Assembly: GCA_965222375.1 (NCBI GenBank)
Contig: CBDCTZ010000011.1
Location: 32,001-96,000, forward strand
DNA length: 64,000 nt
From: Polyangiaceae bacterium
GTDB lineage: Bacteria > Myxococcota_A > Polyangia > Polyangiales > Polyangiaceae
Direction of reading: 5' to 3'
Below, piece after piece: positions 9,302 through 17,903 of this stretch. Position 1 is the stretch's first letter. The number at the start of each line of letters is the position of its first letter. The notes beneath the pieces were generated by a model. It had not been told where the DNA came from and did not search any database. It saw only the letters and a list, made by a program, of their open reading frames with translations. The position numbers were made by a program, and so were the translations under genes.

Positions 9302-10273
9302 TCAGTCTTCGTCTTCGTCGTCGTATTCGCCGGCTTCTTCGGCCTCGAATTCGGCGGCGGCCTCGGCCTTGCCGGCCATGTAGGCGTCTTCCAGGGACTT
9401 GCCGCGGCGAATTTCGAGTAGGCCGGCGTCCATGTGAAAGAGGTAGGGCACGATGGTGGCGTTCAAGCTCGAGGCGGACCAGCTGCCGGAGCCGCGAGCA
9501 ACCAACGTCTTGCCCTCCCAGGTCATTTCGAGTTCCGGGTGGTTCGCTTCGAGTTGCGCCACGTCCACGGCCTTTTCGACGCTGAAGCGCATGACGAGCC
9601 CCTGCTCCGTGACGTCGGCCATGGAGCCGCTCTGGATGCAGCGGCCGCGCTCGATGAAGACCACGTGATCGCAGAGCGCTTCGAGCTCGAGCAGATTGTG
9701 GGAGCTGACCATGAGGGTGCGCTTGCCGCGATGCGAAGCGAATACGTCGCGCATGCGCACGACTAGTTCCGGGTCGAGACCGCTAGTGGGCTCGTCGAGC
9801 AACACGAGCTTGGGTGAGCCCAACAGCGCTTGTGCAATGGCGACGCGTCGCCGCATGCCGTGGGACAGCGTCTTGATTCGAGCGTCTGCGCGATCCTTGA
9901 GGGCGACTTCGTCCAGGCGCGCATCCACGTCTTTGATCGCGTCAGCCTTGGACAGACCCTGCAACCTTGCGTAGTGGGTCAGCAGCTGGCGCAGCGAGAC
10001 GTGGGGGCTGAGCTCGCAGTCCTGCGGCAGTACAGTCAGAAGACCTGGGTGCTTTTGCGGCGCGAGGGGGCCGCGACCCAAGATGCTCACGTCTCCGGCG
10101 TTGGCGCGAATCATCCCGCCTACGATTCCGAAGGTCGTGGTCTTGCCAGCGCCGTTGGGACCGATGAAACCGCAGATGACGCCCTCGGGCACCTCTAGGT
10201 CCAGCCCGTCGAGCGCCACGGTTCGCCCGTAGTTCTTGAACAGGCCGTCGATTTTTAGGGCTGCGGCGCTCAT
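9302..10273 (-). CDS. ABC transporter ATP-binding protein
   Basis: GPNGAGKTT, LSHGM, LLDEP, SSH; ATGA overlap with the permease stop. Confidence 0.95.
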   Translation of the reverse strand: MSAAALKIDGLFKNYGRTVALDGLDLEVPEGVICGFIGPNGAGKTTTFGIVGGMIRANAGDVSILGRGPLAPQKHPGLLTVLPQDCELSPHVSLRQLLTHYARLQGLSKADAIKDVDARLDEVALKDRADARIKTLSHGMRRRVAIAQALLGSPKLVLLDEPTSGLDPELVVRMRDVFASHRGKRTLMVSSHNLLELEALCDHVVFIERGRCIQSGSMADVTEQGLVMRFSVEKAVDVAQLEANHPELEMTWEGKTLVARGSGSWSASSLNATIVPYLFHMDAGLLEIRRGKSLEDAYMAGKAEAAAEFEAEEAGEYDDEDED

Positions 10274-11157
10274 GCGTCCCTCGTCGAAAAGCGCCAGAAG
10301 CCCAGAAAGAAGAAGGTCAGGCCGATCGAGATCAGGCCGACCATTGCCGTCGTGCTCTCCAGTACGCCTGGGTGCCACAGATAAAGGTGGTGCCCGCTTG
10401 GGAATAGCTTGGCCAAGGCGCCGAAGACGGGCGGCGAGATGTCCACGATGGGTTCGAATTGGATCACGCTGCCGCCCAGAGACGCCATGAACATCAGCGC
10501 CAAGGCCAGGCCACCTGCACGGAAGCGCGTGCGCGTCAACTGAGACGCACACATCGCCATGCCCAGATAGGAAAAGCTGTAGACGATGGTGCGGCCCGAG
10601 ATGCGCAATAGCCAAAGCGCGGTTTGGCCCACGCGCATGTCGTCGAGGAAGACGAGCCCCATCAACCAGCAACCAATGGCGCCTACGAGCACGCCCACCG
10701 CCATCAGGCAGGTTTGGCCAATCAGTTTGCCCAGCGCCCAGCTGATGCGATCCGTGCGGAACAACGAGTAGCGAACCGCGCCGCTGCTGAGATCTCCACT
10801 GATCGCGTCAGCGGAAGTGAACAGCACCAGCAGGGGCACGAAGTTCATCGCCAACCAGCCGTAGAAGAGTGCCATGGGTGGAATGGCGACGATGGCCTCC
10901 GCGACTTGTTCGTCCCCCGCCAAAGCTCCGACCAAGCGCCCCATGCCCGGGCTCTCCATCAGCTGCTTCACGTCGACCGATTGACCGACTTGCTCTTCGA
11001 GGCGCTCTTGAATCGCGGTGAGCACGCGAATGAAGATCCCCGAAGCTCCCAGCGCACCCGCGAAGTAGAGGGCGAACAGCACGATGGCTCTGCGCGACTT
11101 GAGCGACTCCACCAGGTCGAAGGCGGCCACGAGGCGGATACTCTGGGCGTGGGTCAT
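10270..11157 (-). CDS. ABC-2 type transporter permease
   Basis: About 6 TM helices, ISGD..SG motif, coupled to the ATPase gene. Confidence 0.88.
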   Translation of the reverse strand: MTHAQSIRLVAAFDLVESLKSRRAIVLFALYFAGALGASGIFIRVLTAIQERLEEQVGQSVDVKQLMESPGMGRLVGALAGDEQVAEAIVAIPPMALFYGWLAMNFVPLLVLFTSADAISGDLSSGAVRYSLFRTDRISWALGKLIGQTCLMAVGVLVGAIGCWLMGLVFLDDMRVGQTALWLLRISGRTIVYSFSYLGMAMCASQLTRTRFRAGGLALALMFMASLGGSVIQFEPIVDISPPVFGALAKLFPSGHHLYLWHPGVLESTTAMVGLISIGLTFFFLGFWRFSTRDA

Positions 11158-11307
11158 GGGGAGGGGCGCGGGGTTGCGGGTCGGAGCGGCAGCTCTAGAC
11201 TTGTTGGTACAAGGAGTGAAGGCGCAGTGTTTCGGCTAGTTATGGCGCAGTGTTAAGAAGTGTTTGGGGGGCGTGCGCTCTGGTGAAACCGCCTTAGACT
11301 GAAATAC

Positions 11308-12216
11308 ATGAAGAGCCAAGCAAAGGAACGAACAAGCCTGCATCGTCGCGTCGCATTTGCCGCCGCCGGCGCCCTTGCCCTCTCCGGGGCGGTCGCCTGC
11401 GCCGCCAATGTGGACGAGAAACCGAAAGAGCAGGAGGTCGCTGCCAAAGACCTCTCCGCTGACCAGTCCGCGAGAGCCCATCGCCACTACCGCAGCCCCG
11501 TCAACATCATCATCGACGCGGCCCGGGCCAAGGCTGACCTGACTCCCGCCCAGGCGAGCAGCCTGACGACCATCGAGGCGGAGCTGAGGCTCGACCACGA
11601 GAGCAAGCGTGAGCTCGGTAAGCGACTCAAGAAGTCGGCTATCGCGGTTGTGCGTTCGGGTGACACCAACTCGAAGGATTTCGAGCAGAGCGTCAGCGAA
11701 GCGCTCAGCGCCATGGAAGAGCGCATGCAGCAGAAGGTCGACGCCGCTGAAGAAATCCACGGCACCCTCGACGAAAGTCAGCGAGCAGCGGTCGCCACGG
11801 TGCTGCGCGCCGAGATCGACAAGAAGTTCGGCCCGCGCCCAGAAGCTGACAAGCGCCGCAAGGACGGAATCAAGAAGTTCACGGCGCAGCTGATGCTTTC
11901 GACTTTTCAGGTCGACAAGCTCAAGGCGATCAAGAAAGAGATGATGGGCGAGAAGGAGCGACTGCGTCCGACTCGTGCCGAGTTGAACCAGCTCGTCGAC
12001 GCCTTCGAGGGCGAAGACTTCCGCACCGCCCTCAACGCCTATCACGCCAAGAAGGTCAAGGTGCTCCGACAGCACTTCGCCGACGCCGGTCAGCGCACTG
12101 ACACGATTCTGTCCGTGTTCACACCGGAGCAGCGCGCTCTGATGGCTGACATGATCCAAGAAGGCCCGAAGAAGGTCATGCTTGGCGAAAAGGTGCAGCC
12201 CGCCATCGAAAAGTAA
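11308..12216 (+). CDS. Spy/CpxP-like (LTXXQ) helical lipoprotein
   Basis: Lipobox AVAC; LTPAQ, LDESQR, FTPEQR motifs. Confidence 0.7.
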   Translation: MKSQAKERTSLHRRVAFAAAGALALSGAVACAANVDEKPKEQEVAAKDLSADQSARAHRHYRSPVNIIIDAARAKADLTPAQASSLTTIEAELRLDHESKRELGKRLKKSAIAVVRSGDTNSKDFEQSVSEALSAMEERMQQKVDAAEEIHGTLDESQRAAVATVLRAEIDKKFGPRPEADKRRKDGIKKFTAQLMLSTFQVDKLKAIKKEMMGEKERLRPTRAELNQLVDAFEGEDFRTALNAYHAKKVKVLRQHFADAGQRTDTILSVFTPEQRALMADMIQEGPKKVMLGEKVQPAIEK

Positions 12217-12235
12217 CCGCGAGCTCCACCCGCCG

Positions 12236-12274
12236 CTGCCCGGCTCCTCCGTAGGAGTCGGGCAGTTTGCTTTT
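12236..12274 (+). terminator. rho-independent terminator
   Basis: CTGCCCGGCTCCT-ccgt-AGGAGTCGGGCAG followed by TTTGCTTTT. Confidence 0.8.
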
Positions 12275-12321
12275 GTGCTTCGAGCGCTGCGTTTTTAGCC
12301 GGCTCGGCTAGCATGGGGCGC

Positions 12322-12969
12322 ATGGCCAAGCGGCAAAAGGCGCGGGACGTTGCGCAAGATCGCGGATCCGGCGAGTTCTGGATCGACCACGCCAAGATCG
12401 TGGATGGCGACTTGGAGTGGCTTCGCAGCGCCGAGCGATTGACGCTGTGGAACGTGCAAGCCCCCGAGGGCTTCCTCTCGAAGCTCGACAAGCTCTGGTG
12501 GCTGGACCTGCGTGGAGGCACCGGTGAAGATCTGGCCGTTGCAGAGGGTTGCAAGAAGCTCCGCTACTTCCGTGTCAACCAAGTGCGGGGCATGAAGGAT
12601 CTCAGCCTGGTGACCAGCTTCAAGACGCTTCAGCTCCTCGACCTCTACGGTCTTGCCAAAGTCGAGTCCGCGCCGTCTCTGCGTGGGCTCAAGAAGCTGT
12701 TGCGGTTGGAAATCGGTCAGATGCGCGGCCTCGAAACACTAGGCGGACTGTTGGACGCGCCGAAGCTCGAGGAGCTTTTCGTCTCGAAGTCCGTCGGCAT
12801 CACGGAAAAGGACGTCAAGCGCATCAACGCGCACCGCTGCCTGAAACAATTCGAGTGGTACGCCGTAGACGTGCCCTCGAAGCTGTCCCGCCCAGTTGTC
12901 GAGGCCGTCAAGCTACCCCGAGCGCAGTCGATGCATGCCATCGAATGGTTCGAGTCTCGGGGGTTGTAG
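12322..12969 (+). CDS. leucine-rich repeat protein
   Basis: Repeated LxxLxL pattern. Confidence 0.8.
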   Translation: MAKRQKARDVAQDRGSGEFWIDHAKIVDGDLEWLRSAERLTLWNVQAPEGFLSKLDKLWWLDLRGGTGEDLAVAEGCKKLRYFRVNQVRGMKDLSLVTSFKTLQLLDLYGLAKVESAPSLRGLKKLLRLEIGQMRGLETLGGLLDAPKLEELFVSKSVGITEKDVKRINAHRCLKQFEWYAVDVPSKLSRPVVEAVKLPRAQSMHAIEWFESRGL

Positions 12970-13007
12970 GGGTCGGTTCAGTAGGCCCAGTCGGGCCACT
13001 ACTCTCG
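12961..13007 (+). repeat. dispersed intergenic repeat, copy C
   Basis: GGGTTGTAGGGGTCG-gttcagtaggcccagtc-GGGCCACTACTCTCG. Confidence 0.75.
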
Positions 13008-13028
13008 TGCGAGGCCAAGGTAGGCCAG

Positions 13029-13700
13029 TCAATTCGGTGCTGGCGTCGGCTTCGGCACCAGGGGCGCGTCATCGGCCGGTGGATGACTCGTTGGTGGCGG
13101 GGGTTCTGGGCCGGGCTCGGTCACGAGGGGCGCGCCGCCTAGCTGCTCTTCGTCTTCTTGCGCGCGCTCATACTCTTGTGGGTCCACCGCAGGCTCGTGG
13201 CGGCGCCTTGGCTCGGCGGACCAAATGTTGATCGGGAATTTCAGGAGCAACCCGACCTCACCATAGACTTCGGTTTCATCGCCGCTGAGGATCCATCCGT
13301 GGCCGCCGTAGAGGTGGATGGCCGCCATTGAGAGCAGGAATCGCCCGCGTACTCCGCTCCAATCCGTGTCGCCGTAGCTGCGCACGTAGCCGAGGTCCAG
13401 TCCGAAAATGGTCACGCCGAACTCGGCGCCGGCGCTCCAGCGTGTCGTGTCCGAGCCGAAGTCACGAAGCAGGTCCGTGTACACGCCAGCCCATTTGGCG
13501 CTCCGGTCCAGGTAGACGAGACTGGCTTCCGCACCGATTAGAAATCCGTTCGACACATGCGCCGGATTGATCGCGTAGCCCGTGTTGATGCCAATTGGAA
13601 GCCACAGCGAGTTCTCGATCTTGGGGCCGGCGTCCGCCAAGGCTGTGCTTGGTGCACAGGCAGCGACCAGGGCTAGGGATGCTAGGAAGCGTTTGGTCAT
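13029..13700 (-). CDS. secreted/outer-membrane protein with Pro-rich tail
   Basis: Signal peptide; beta-strand pattern. Confidence 0.7.
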   Translation of the reverse strand: MTKRFLASLALVAACAPSTALADAGPKIENSLWLPIGINTGYAINPAHVSNGFLIGAEASLVYLDRSAKWAGVYTDLLRDFGSDTTRWSAGAEFGVTIFGLDLGYVRSYGDTDWSGVRGRFLLSMAAIHLYGGHGWILSGDETEVYGEVGLLLKFPINIWSAEPRRRHEPAVDPQEYERAQEDEEQLGGAPLVTEPGPEPPPPTSHPPADDAPLVPKPTPAPN

Positions 13701-14341
13701 AGAAACTCTAGCCTAATACCTTCCAAGGGTTCCACGTCTCGTAGTCTGACTGCCGTGCGCTTGCGCCCGCGAACGAGCATGCGCCTGCCCTCGACCGAAA
13801 GCGCCGCGACTCGCGCATGGGGGTCCTCCAAAACGACGATGAGGCTCCGGATGGGCCCACGCCAATAGGCGCCACTCTTGAGAACGTAACCGAAGTCGCC
13901 AGTTCCGGGCTGAGTGTAGCGCACGGAGAGCCAACCGCCGTGACGCTCGAGGGCTTTTCCGTCCAGCCAGATGTCCCAGTGGGCAACGGCGCTTCCCATG
14001 GGTAGTTGGCCAGCGTCGCCGGGAGCCACGGCGAGCGGGCAGGGGCCTCGCCCTGGCAGTGTCGCACGGAAACCACGGGTGGTCTTTCGTGGGCCGCCGA
14101 TGGGGAATGTTGCAATGCGGTTGCGCGGTGCAGATTCGGAGACGAAGCGAAATAGGGCGTGCACGCGGACGCTCCCGCTTCGTTCCACCCGCAGTGTGAG
14201 CACTTCGCGCTCGAGGGTTAGCCCGCGGTCCTCCACGTAGGGGTAGCGAGGCACCATGCCGAGCCCGCTGCTAGCGCAGCCTGTCGAAAGGGCAACGCTC
14301 GCAATTAGGAGCGCACTTTTGAGAATTCTATCGGCGATCAC
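13697..14341 (-). CDS. lipoprotein, DUF4424-like
   Basis: Lipobox STGC; YVLKSGAYWRGPI motif. Confidence 0.6.
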   Translation of the reverse strand: MIADRILKSALLIASVALSTGCASSGLGMVPRYPYVEDRGLTLEREVLTLRVERSGSVRVHALFRFVSESAPRNRIATFPIGGPRKTTRGFRATLPGRGPCPLAVAPGDAGQLPMGSAVAHWDIWLDGKALERHGGWLSVRYTQPGTGDFGYVLKSGAYWRGPIRSLIVVLEDPHARVAALSVEGRRMLVRGRKRTAVRLRDVEPLEGIRLEFL

Positions 14342-14480
14342 GCCACTCTAGCCCATGGTCAGTCCTGGCGGACAGTGTGATTGACTTGGCATGAAACTCG
14401 GCTGCACCAAAAAGGAAATGCCGCGTGACGCCAAACGACGATCATGCTTTCAACAGGGGCCCAGTGGTCGGGAGGGAATC

Positions 14481-14930
14481 ATGCGAACAACAGTTATCGG
14501 GTCTCTGGTCGTCTTGGTCGCCGCGCTTGTCGCCTGCAAGCAAGGCGGCGATTCGTCGCCGGCACCGAGTGCGATGGCGGCACCGGCAGAGCAGAACGAC
14601 CCGCGCTACACGCTGCGTTTCGGAGTGCCGAAGTCGGAAACGGATCCCGAAATCGATCGCTTCCCGGAGAAGCTCTCGACCGGGCACATTGGCTACAAGC
14701 TCACGACCTCGGAAGACCAATTTCCCGCCGACAAGATCCGCAACACCATGTACATGATCAACGGTGGCGAGCGACAGCAACTCACCCGTAGCGAAAGTGA
14801 CATCAGCGGCGACCTCAACGTCTTCTACAAGACTTGGAAGCTGCCCACGGCGGGTACCTACGAGGTGCTGATCGAGGACGTTGCCACCGGCAAGACCATC
14901 GCGGTCGGACGCTTTCGCGTTGAAGAGTAG
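14481..14930 (+). CDS. hypothetical lipoprotein
   Basis: RBS GGAGG; lipobox LVAC. Confidence 0.75.
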   Translation: MRTTVIGSLVVLVAALVACKQGGDSSPAPSAMAAPAEQNDPRYTLRFGVPKSETDPEIDRFPEKLSTGHIGYKLTTSEDQFPADKIRNTMYMINGGERQQLTRSESDISGDLNVFYKTWKLPTAGTYEVLIEDVATGKTIAVGRFRVEE

Positions 14931-14958
14931 GCCGCCTCAGCCCGACGCTCCGGCCGCT

Positions 14959-15417
14959 TCACGGTTTCGCGAACTCTACGAGCGTGTGGTCTTCGCCTCG
15001 GAGTTCTTCGCTGATGATCTTTGAGATGACGTCCCAGTCACCACCACCTAGTCCGGCTCCGATTCGTGGATAGCCGATGCGCTTGCCCGCGAACTGTGTC
15101 TTGATGGCTCGCACCGCGGAGCGAATGGCGTCGTAGTCCACGCGGACACCCGCGCCGCGGTAGTGGAGCTGGGTGTACGCGTTCACGACCGTCAAGGTGC
15201 GACCCTCGCGTTCGACTTCGGCGAGGGAAATCGTGCCGAGCTTCTGCGGGTCGCCCTTCTTGGTCTGCGCGTCCGCGGCGAAGGCTTTCGGAAAGATCTG
15301 TTTGATGATCTTTGCGATACCTGCGCCCATGGTGCACTGACAATTAGCGCCGTGCACGATCACGTCGAAGTGTCCGTCGAGCGCCAGTTGGATGAGATCG
15401 CCTTTTATCACGCGCAT
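14959..15417 (-). CDS. macro domain (ADP-ribose binding/hydrolase) protein
   Basis: GDL, HGANC..MGAGIA, PRIGAGLGGGDW. Confidence 0.92.
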   Translation of the reverse strand: MRVIKGDLIQLALDGHFDVIVHGANCQCTMGAGIAKIIKQIFPKAFAADAQTKKGDPQKLGTISLAEVEREGRTLTVVNAYTQLHYRGAGVRVDYDAIRSAVRAIKTQFAGKRIGYPRIGAGLGGGDWDVISKIISEELRGEDHTLVEFAKP

Positions 15418-16040
15418 GTTGGACGAACTGTCGCATCGCTTTTCGAGAAAGGGTCCTCGCCGTACTTGAAGGCGCGCAGCCACACGTCGGCGAAGGCAGG
15501 AGGGTACACCTTCAGTTTCAGCAGCAGCTTATGCGTGAAGTCCACAGCGCCCAGGCCGCTGGCCGTGATCAGGTTGCCGCCGTCAACCGCCAGATCTTCT
15601 TTGTAGCGCGACTGACCTTGGTAATTCGGTGCCCGCTGCTTCAGAAAGGCGCCGGCATTGCTTGTGTGATCTACGTCGTCGAGCAGGCCGAGGCCAGCCA
15701 GGTAGCCGGTTGCCGCGCAGATCGCGCCGATGACCCGATTGGCCTTGGAGACTTTCGCAACCAGGGCATCCAGCTCGGCGCTGTCGAAACCGTTCCAGAA
15801 TGTTCCCCCTGGCAAGATCAGAGCCTCGAGACTATCGAGATCTACATCGGCGAGAGCCACCTCCGGCGTCACCTGCAGTCCGCCCATGGAGACGACGCTC
15901 TTGGTGGTGAGCCCGAAGCTCGTGACCCGCTTCAGCGTTTTCTCGATGGCGGGCGCCGGCGGAGGAGTCCTGAGCTCGGGCAGGATGTAACCCAGTTCCC
16001 AGTCCGAGTAACCTTCGTGCAGGAATGCGTAGACGGTCAT
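15408..16040 (-). CDS. DJ-1/PfpI family protein
   Basis: DWE, LILPGG, GAICAA, LITASG. Confidence 0.9.
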   Translation of the reverse strand: MTVYAFLHEGYSDWELGYILPELRTPPPAPAIEKTLKRVTSFGLTTKSVVSMGGLQVTPEVALADVDLDSLEALILPGGTFWNGFDSAELDALVAKVSKANRVIGAICAATGYLAGLGLLDDVDHTSNAGAFLKQRAPNYQGQSRYKEDLAVDGGNLITASGLGAVDFTHKLLLKLKVYPPAFADVWLRAFKYGEDPFSKSDATVRPTCA

Positions 16041-16117
16041 GTCGTTCCTCCATGTGCCACGAAACACGCGCGGTGGCGTCGACGCGCTCGGGCAAGCCGG
16101 CCGCCCGAGCGGCGATC

Positions 16118-16807
16118 CTAGAGCTTGCGCCAGGCCAGCGCGAAGGAAATCGGCCATCCGAGGTGGCGCTGCCAACTCGACTTGTTGGCCAGGAATGCTT
16201 CATCGACGAGCCGCTCGTGCATGTCGACGAGGGTCCAGCCCGCCGCGATGCCCGCGCGGACGTGATCGCTCGTCAAATGCAGGTGCGTCTCGATAGCGAC
16301 CGGTTCGCCGCTCTTGCGGTCGAAGTGGGTCGGGATCCCACGTAGCATGAAGCAGGGGTGATAGCCCGCGATGACGAGCCAGCCCTGTGTCCGGCAAATC
16401 CGCGCTGCTTCCGCATACAACGGGCCTAGTTCTCGCAGGTGCTCACATGCCAAAGACTGAATGACGAGATCGTAGCTTGCATCCTCGAGGGGGGTGGCGC
16501 GCAGATCACCCTCCATCAACTTGCGGTAGCAGCCCTTGGACTCTGCTTGTTCCAGCATCGCCGGTGTCAAGTCGATGCCATCGATGCCTTGGGCCCCGCG
16601 TGCAGCCAGCCAAGTGCCGATGCGGCCCGTGCCACACGCCAAGTCGGCTACGGCGCGCAGCCCGGACCAGTCGAGCTTCAGCCGCTCCAGTAGACGGCAG
16701 TCCATTTCGTCGAGCAGCGCGCTTTCGTACCGTTCGGCCCACTCGCCGTAACCGTCCTGCACGCCCAGCATTGGGTAGTGACGCGTGTCGTACTTCGAGA
16801 ACTCCAT
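16118..16807 (-). CDS. class I SAM-dependent methyltransferase
   Basis: DLACGTG, GIDLTPAML. Confidence 0.92.
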   Translation of the reverse strand: MEFSKYDTRHYPMLGVQDGYGEWAERYESALLDEMDCRLLERLKLDWSGLRAVADLACGTGRIGTWLAARGAQGIDGIDLTPAMLEQAESKGCYRKLMEGDLRATPLEDASYDLVIQSLACEHLRELGPLYAEAARICRTQGWLVIAGYHPCFMLRGIPTHFDRKSGEPVAIETHLHLTSDHVRAGIAAGWTLVDMHERLVDEAFLANKSSWQRHLGWPISFALAWRKL

Positions 16808-16897
16808 GGCTCGCGCAGGTTCTCCTCTAGCCTTGCGGAAAGCAACACCCCCGAGTTTCATAGCGCTTGGGGCTGGGGGCGTGCGACAATGGTCCTC

Positions 16898-17281
16898 ATG
16901 AAACCCCTGGTCCTCTCCGCGGCGGCGGCTTGCGTTTTCACGTTGTCGCTATCGGCGTCTGCCACTCACCCGTGTCAAGTGGACGCTAGCCCCTGTGATT
17001 GCTGTCACGACGTGACCGATTGCCCGCCGCAGTGTTTCGACGCGGGAGCGGCCGGATCTGGAACCGGAGGCACTGCGACCGGCGGAGCCGGCGGTGCCGC
17101 TGGGTCTGGGGCGAGCGGCGCTAGCGGTGGAGCGTCCGGCGGCGCCCCGGGATCAGGTTCCAGCGACGATGGAGGTTGCAGTTGCAGCGTCCCCAACGGT
17201 AGTGGAGGTAGCGGCGGTCCATGGCTGGCTGCAGTTGCAGCCGTCGTAGTCGCCGCCCGTCGCCGCCGCTTTGTCGCGTAG
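16898..17281 (+). CDS. MYXO-CTERM surface protein, Cys/Gly-rich
   Basis: Signal peptide; GGCSCSV, TM segment and RRRR tail. Confidence 0.85.
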   Translation: MKPLVLSAAAACVFTLSLSASATHPCQVDASPCDCCHDVTDCPPQCFDAGAAGSGTGGTATGGAGGAAGSGASGASGGASGGAPGSGSSDDGGCSCSVPNGSGGSGGPWLAAVAAVVVAARRRRFVA

Positions 17282-17377
17282 GCCGTCGCCACGGCAGTGA
17301 GAGCCGCGAGAAAAGGAAGCGTCGACGCGGTTTTTACAGCACACGTCGGGCGCGCGGCATTCTAGTGTGCGCGGGCG

Positions 17378-17881
17378 ATGTTGATCCGACCATGTAATGC
17401 CGACCGCGACCGGGTTGCCTGCCGTCAGCTGTGGGTGCAACTGACCGAGCATCATCGACAGTTGTACAGCGATCCCAAGATCGGCGGCGAAGAGCCTGGT
17501 CTCCAGTTCGATGACTATTTGAAGCACGACAACCTGGCAGCGATGTGGGTCGCCGAGGATGCCGATCGCGTGGTTGGCCTGTGTGGTCTGCTCGTTGATG
17601 GAACGGACGGCGAGCTGGAGCCGATTGTCGTCGATCCGGCATTTCGCTCCCGCGGCGTGGGCCGAGCCCTAGTGCAGTACGTTGTCGACGAAGCACGGCA
17701 ACGTGGCCTCCGCTACCTCAACGTGCGCCCCGTAGCTCGCAACGCCGCGGCCATCAGCTTTTTCGCCGAAGCCGGCTTCTGGCTACTATCACGAGTGGAG
17801 CTGTCGCGAGCCTTGGGAAAAGACAATCGCGACAAGTTCGACCAGTCCGTCGACCTTCACGGTCACTGCTTCCGTAGCTAA
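17378..17881 (+). CDS. GNAT N-acetyltransferase
   Basis: VDPAFRSRGVGRAL, N..A..F motifs. Confidence 0.9.
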   Translation: MLIRPCNADRDRVACRQLWVQLTEHHRQLYSDPKIGGEEPGLQFDDYLKHDNLAAMWVAEDADRVVGLCGLLVDGTDGELEPIVVDPAFRSRGVGRALVQYVVDEARQRGLRYLNVRPVARNAAAISFFAEAGFWLLSRVELSRALGKDNRDKFDQSVDLHGHCFRS

Positions 17882-17903
17882 CCCTCCAGGCGGAGCGTGC
17901 TCG

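Noticed and set aside
11170..11200. GGGTTGCGGGTCG as another repeat copy
   Set aside because: It lacks the GGCCACTA right end; partial look-alikes near 43135, 49070 and 54230 fail the same test.
14386..14403. TTGGCATG as a sigma54 promoter
   Set aside because: No GC at the -12 position.
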